Below, in pieces: positions 61,916 through 64,000 of a stretch of 64,000 nt of DNA. Under the pieces are notes generated by a model. That model had not been told where the DNA came from, ran no database searches, and worked only from the letters and a program-made list of their open reading frames with translations. Positions within the stretch are counted from its first letter, which is position 1. Each line of letters opens with the position of its first letter. Source of the stretch: Acanthaster planci (taxonomy: Eukaryota); NCBI RefSeq assembly GCF_001949145.1, contig NW_019091359.1, positions 1,071,976 to 1,135,975 on the forward strand, in the 5' to 3' direction. The position numbers and the translations under genes are program-made.

Positions 61916-63412
61916 TTACAGTACTGTTTGCTCGTTAAGGCAGCACTTCCGAGGCTTTGGAAGAGGTTTCTGCTCTTTTTTTTTACAGGATGGCATCAGG
62001 TAACTGTCATCTGGCTGTTGTCTCTGCGGAGATGACACATTTTTGTAAGTAGCTGCTGGCTCAATCGTCTTCGGACCACTGAGTCCACCAGGGACTTGTG
62101 CGTAAGCATACACTGGAGGCTGCAGGCTCTTAACGCTGGAGTAAAAGTGCTCACTACGGGTCTTGGTGTTATCTTCTGTAGATGTCTGGACGTGCGTCAA
62201 TTGAAAAGATGGCACTGCATTCACTGAAGAGCTGTTGGTGTGGTCTGACTGCCTTTTTCTGTAACAGTATATAATGATGATTGCTATGGCGATGAGGACA
62301 GTAAGTCCCACAGCTCCAAGTAGGATTTCTACAGTGGGGAAGGATTTACTAGACATGCGTTCTGTGGTTCCTACAGTAGTGGGGGATATACAGAACATGG
62401 AAATGTCTTGGCTTTTGAAATCAATATTTTGGCTGTCATTGACATTGCAGTTTGTGTGCTTCAAACAGACAATGCTAATGTTAGGTCGAGCCTCCAAGTA
62501 CTTAGCAAGGTCTTCCAGGGTGCAATTGCATACCAAAGGGTTGTCGTATAAGGACAGGGAGGTCAAACGATGTAGGTTCTGAATAGTTAGTATAGACAGC
62601 GTCTGAAGGCTATTGGAATTTAGATAAAGCTCATGTAAGCCTGTCGTGAGCCCCTTGAAAGCATCTGGATGGACATATTTCAGCTCCATTCTGCTAAGGT
62701 CCAAGTTATGAAGGTACTTCAGGTCTCCAAAGGGATCCTCTGGAAGTTCCTTGATGGGATTCCCCCTCAGATTGAGGGTCTGGAGTTCCTGCCTTAAATA
62801 CCTGTAGTTGCTTTTGATGGCACTCGGGACTTCGTCCAGCTGATTGTGGTCTAGCCGCAGGGTCTTCAAGGACGTCAAATTAGCAAAAGTGTCGATGTCT
62901 ATGGTGTTTATATTGTTGTGAGAGACATCAAGATTGATCAGGCTCACAGCACCACCTAGCATCTCTCTGGTGAGTTTAGACAGACGGTTTTGGCTTATAT
63001 CCAAGTGTTCCAGCTCTCTCAAATCAGGTCTATTCTCACCAACGGGTGATTCACTCAAATCTGAGATCTGATTATGTGACAAGTCCAAAGTGACAAGTTG
63101 TGGTGCCTGTACAGCAGGAAAGCGCTCCAAGTTTGTGTGGCTGAGGATCAGTGTGCCAGTGTCACTGAGGTCAGCAGACGCCAAGTCAGCAACATTCAAC
63201 TGTACGGAACTACAGTTTACCACCTTGGCATCATTCGTTCTATCGCACTTGCAGGTCTGACATAAATCCTTCTGCATTGGCAGCATCGTTGTTTCCACTT
63301 CAACCAAAGATGATGTCGATACGAGAGGCTGGTCTTGAGACGGAGTGGAACAAGAAGTGAAGACAAAGCAGAGAAACAAGAGAAACAGCCTGTACACTGC
63401 AACAATCTCCAT
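61916..63412 (-). CDS. LRR single-pass receptor with tyrosine-motif cytoplasmic tail, paralog 2 (498 aa)
   Basis: Same architecture as 58607-59989; the flanks are also homologous (~57620-60240 vs ~61260-63680), indicating tandem duplication. Confidence 0.93.
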   Translation of the reverse strand: MEIVAVYRLFLLFLCFVFTSCSTPSQDQPLVSTSSLVEVETTMLPMQKDLCQTCKCDRTNDAKVVNCSSVQLNVADLASADLSDTGTLILSHTNLERFPAVQAPQLVTLDLSHNQISDLSESPVGENRPDLRELEHLDISQNRLSKLTREMLGGAVSLINLDVSHNNINTIDIDTFANLTSLKTLRLDHNQLDEVPSAIKSNYRYLRQELQTLNLRGNPIKELPEDPFGDLKYLHNLDLSRMELKYVHPDAFKGLTTGLHELYLNSNSLQTLSILTIQNLHRLTSLSLYDNPLVCNCTLEDLAKYLEARPNISIVCLKHTNCNVNDSQNIDFKSQDISMFCISPTTVGTTERMSSKSFPTVEILLGAVGLTVLIAIAIIIIYCYRKRQSDHTNSSSVNAVPSFQLTHVQTSTEDNTKTRSEHFYSSVKSLQPPVYAYAQVPGGLSGPKTIEPAATYKNVSSPQRQQPDDSYLMPSCKKKEQKPLPKPRKCCLNEQTVL

Positions 63413-64000
63413 CTTACTTCGCTCTTGTCAATTTTGGAGCAGCAACTAGACTTGACGGAGGTCTGAAATGAATGACTGGATTTTACAGGTCTGTCTGTGC
63501 CTGACACTAAACCAGACTGTGTTATCTAGATGGGAACTCTGGCACCATAAGTTCTGGCAAGTCACCGTTATTGTGAAAACTGGAAGTGACATCTGTCTGC
63601 AAATTTCCCCAAACATTTTCCTGCACACAAGTTTCCTATTTATTTGGTTTTAGTCAGTGGAAATGAGTTTGCTGCTTGGGCGTCAACCAGGACATGGCCA
63701 GTATAAACAAAAATAATTTATAATTACGACAGCTTTGACTGCAACTGAGACTAGCCCCCCCTTCCTTCCTTCTTAGTACTTGGTAGAAGCCGGTGTCTTG
63801 TGATGAAGATCACTTTTTGGCAGAGATTTAGAATCCCATAAACAATGATTTCATTTAAGTTGCCCCCCAAACAGTAACTGTACCCCTGAAATCATTCCCC
63901 AAAAAAATGCAATACAAAACCAACAACACAAAGCAATGAAATATGGAAAGGCTGCGTAGCACCGTGGTCAGAATATTGACAAGAATATAATATCAGTGCT

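Noticed and set aside
43248..63412. A V(D)J- or VLR-like rearranging system from Artemis lying next to LRR genes
   Set aside because: The LRR genes are complete ORFs, with no partial cassettes, no RAG-like ORF and no ordered heptamer-nonamer pairs; scattered CACAGTG is about what chance predicts.
1..64000. CRISPR arrays, operons, rRNA genes or autonomous transposase/RT ORFs
   Set aside because: Eukaryotic spliced locus; no repeat-spacer arrays, rRNA motifs or long transposon ORFs were seen.

Overview
Intron-rich animal genomic DNA, probably a marine invertebrate and plausibly a deuterostome (species cannot be determined from sequence), with 4 N-gaps. Left to right: (1) a possible terminal exon and long 3'UTR of an unidentified gene; (2) a repeat-rich, tandemly duplicated ~3.6 kb block at 6-13 kb; (3) the 5' half of a p55-MAGUK gene (MPP2/MPP6-like, L27-L27-PDZ, 6 coding exons, 20764-31080) whose SH3 and guanylate-kinase exons I could not find in the remaining 33 kb; (4) on the same strand 1.8 kb later, an intact SUV39H H3K9 methyltransferase (chromo, pre-SET, SET, post-SET; 32861-36713) with no obvious first exon of its own, but splice-phase compatible with the MAGUK start exon; (5) convergent with it, the 3' exons of Artemis (DCLRE1C), whose nuclease exons are not visible here; (6) three LRR-transmembrane receptor genes with intronless CDS, two of them tandem paralogs with tyrosine-motif tails. 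The main candidate novelty is a possible MPP/SUV39H shared-exon or chimeric locus, analogous to insect Su(var)3-9/eIF2gamma. Gene nesting and an assembly misjoin remain open alternatives. All family calls come from recalled motifs, not database searches.
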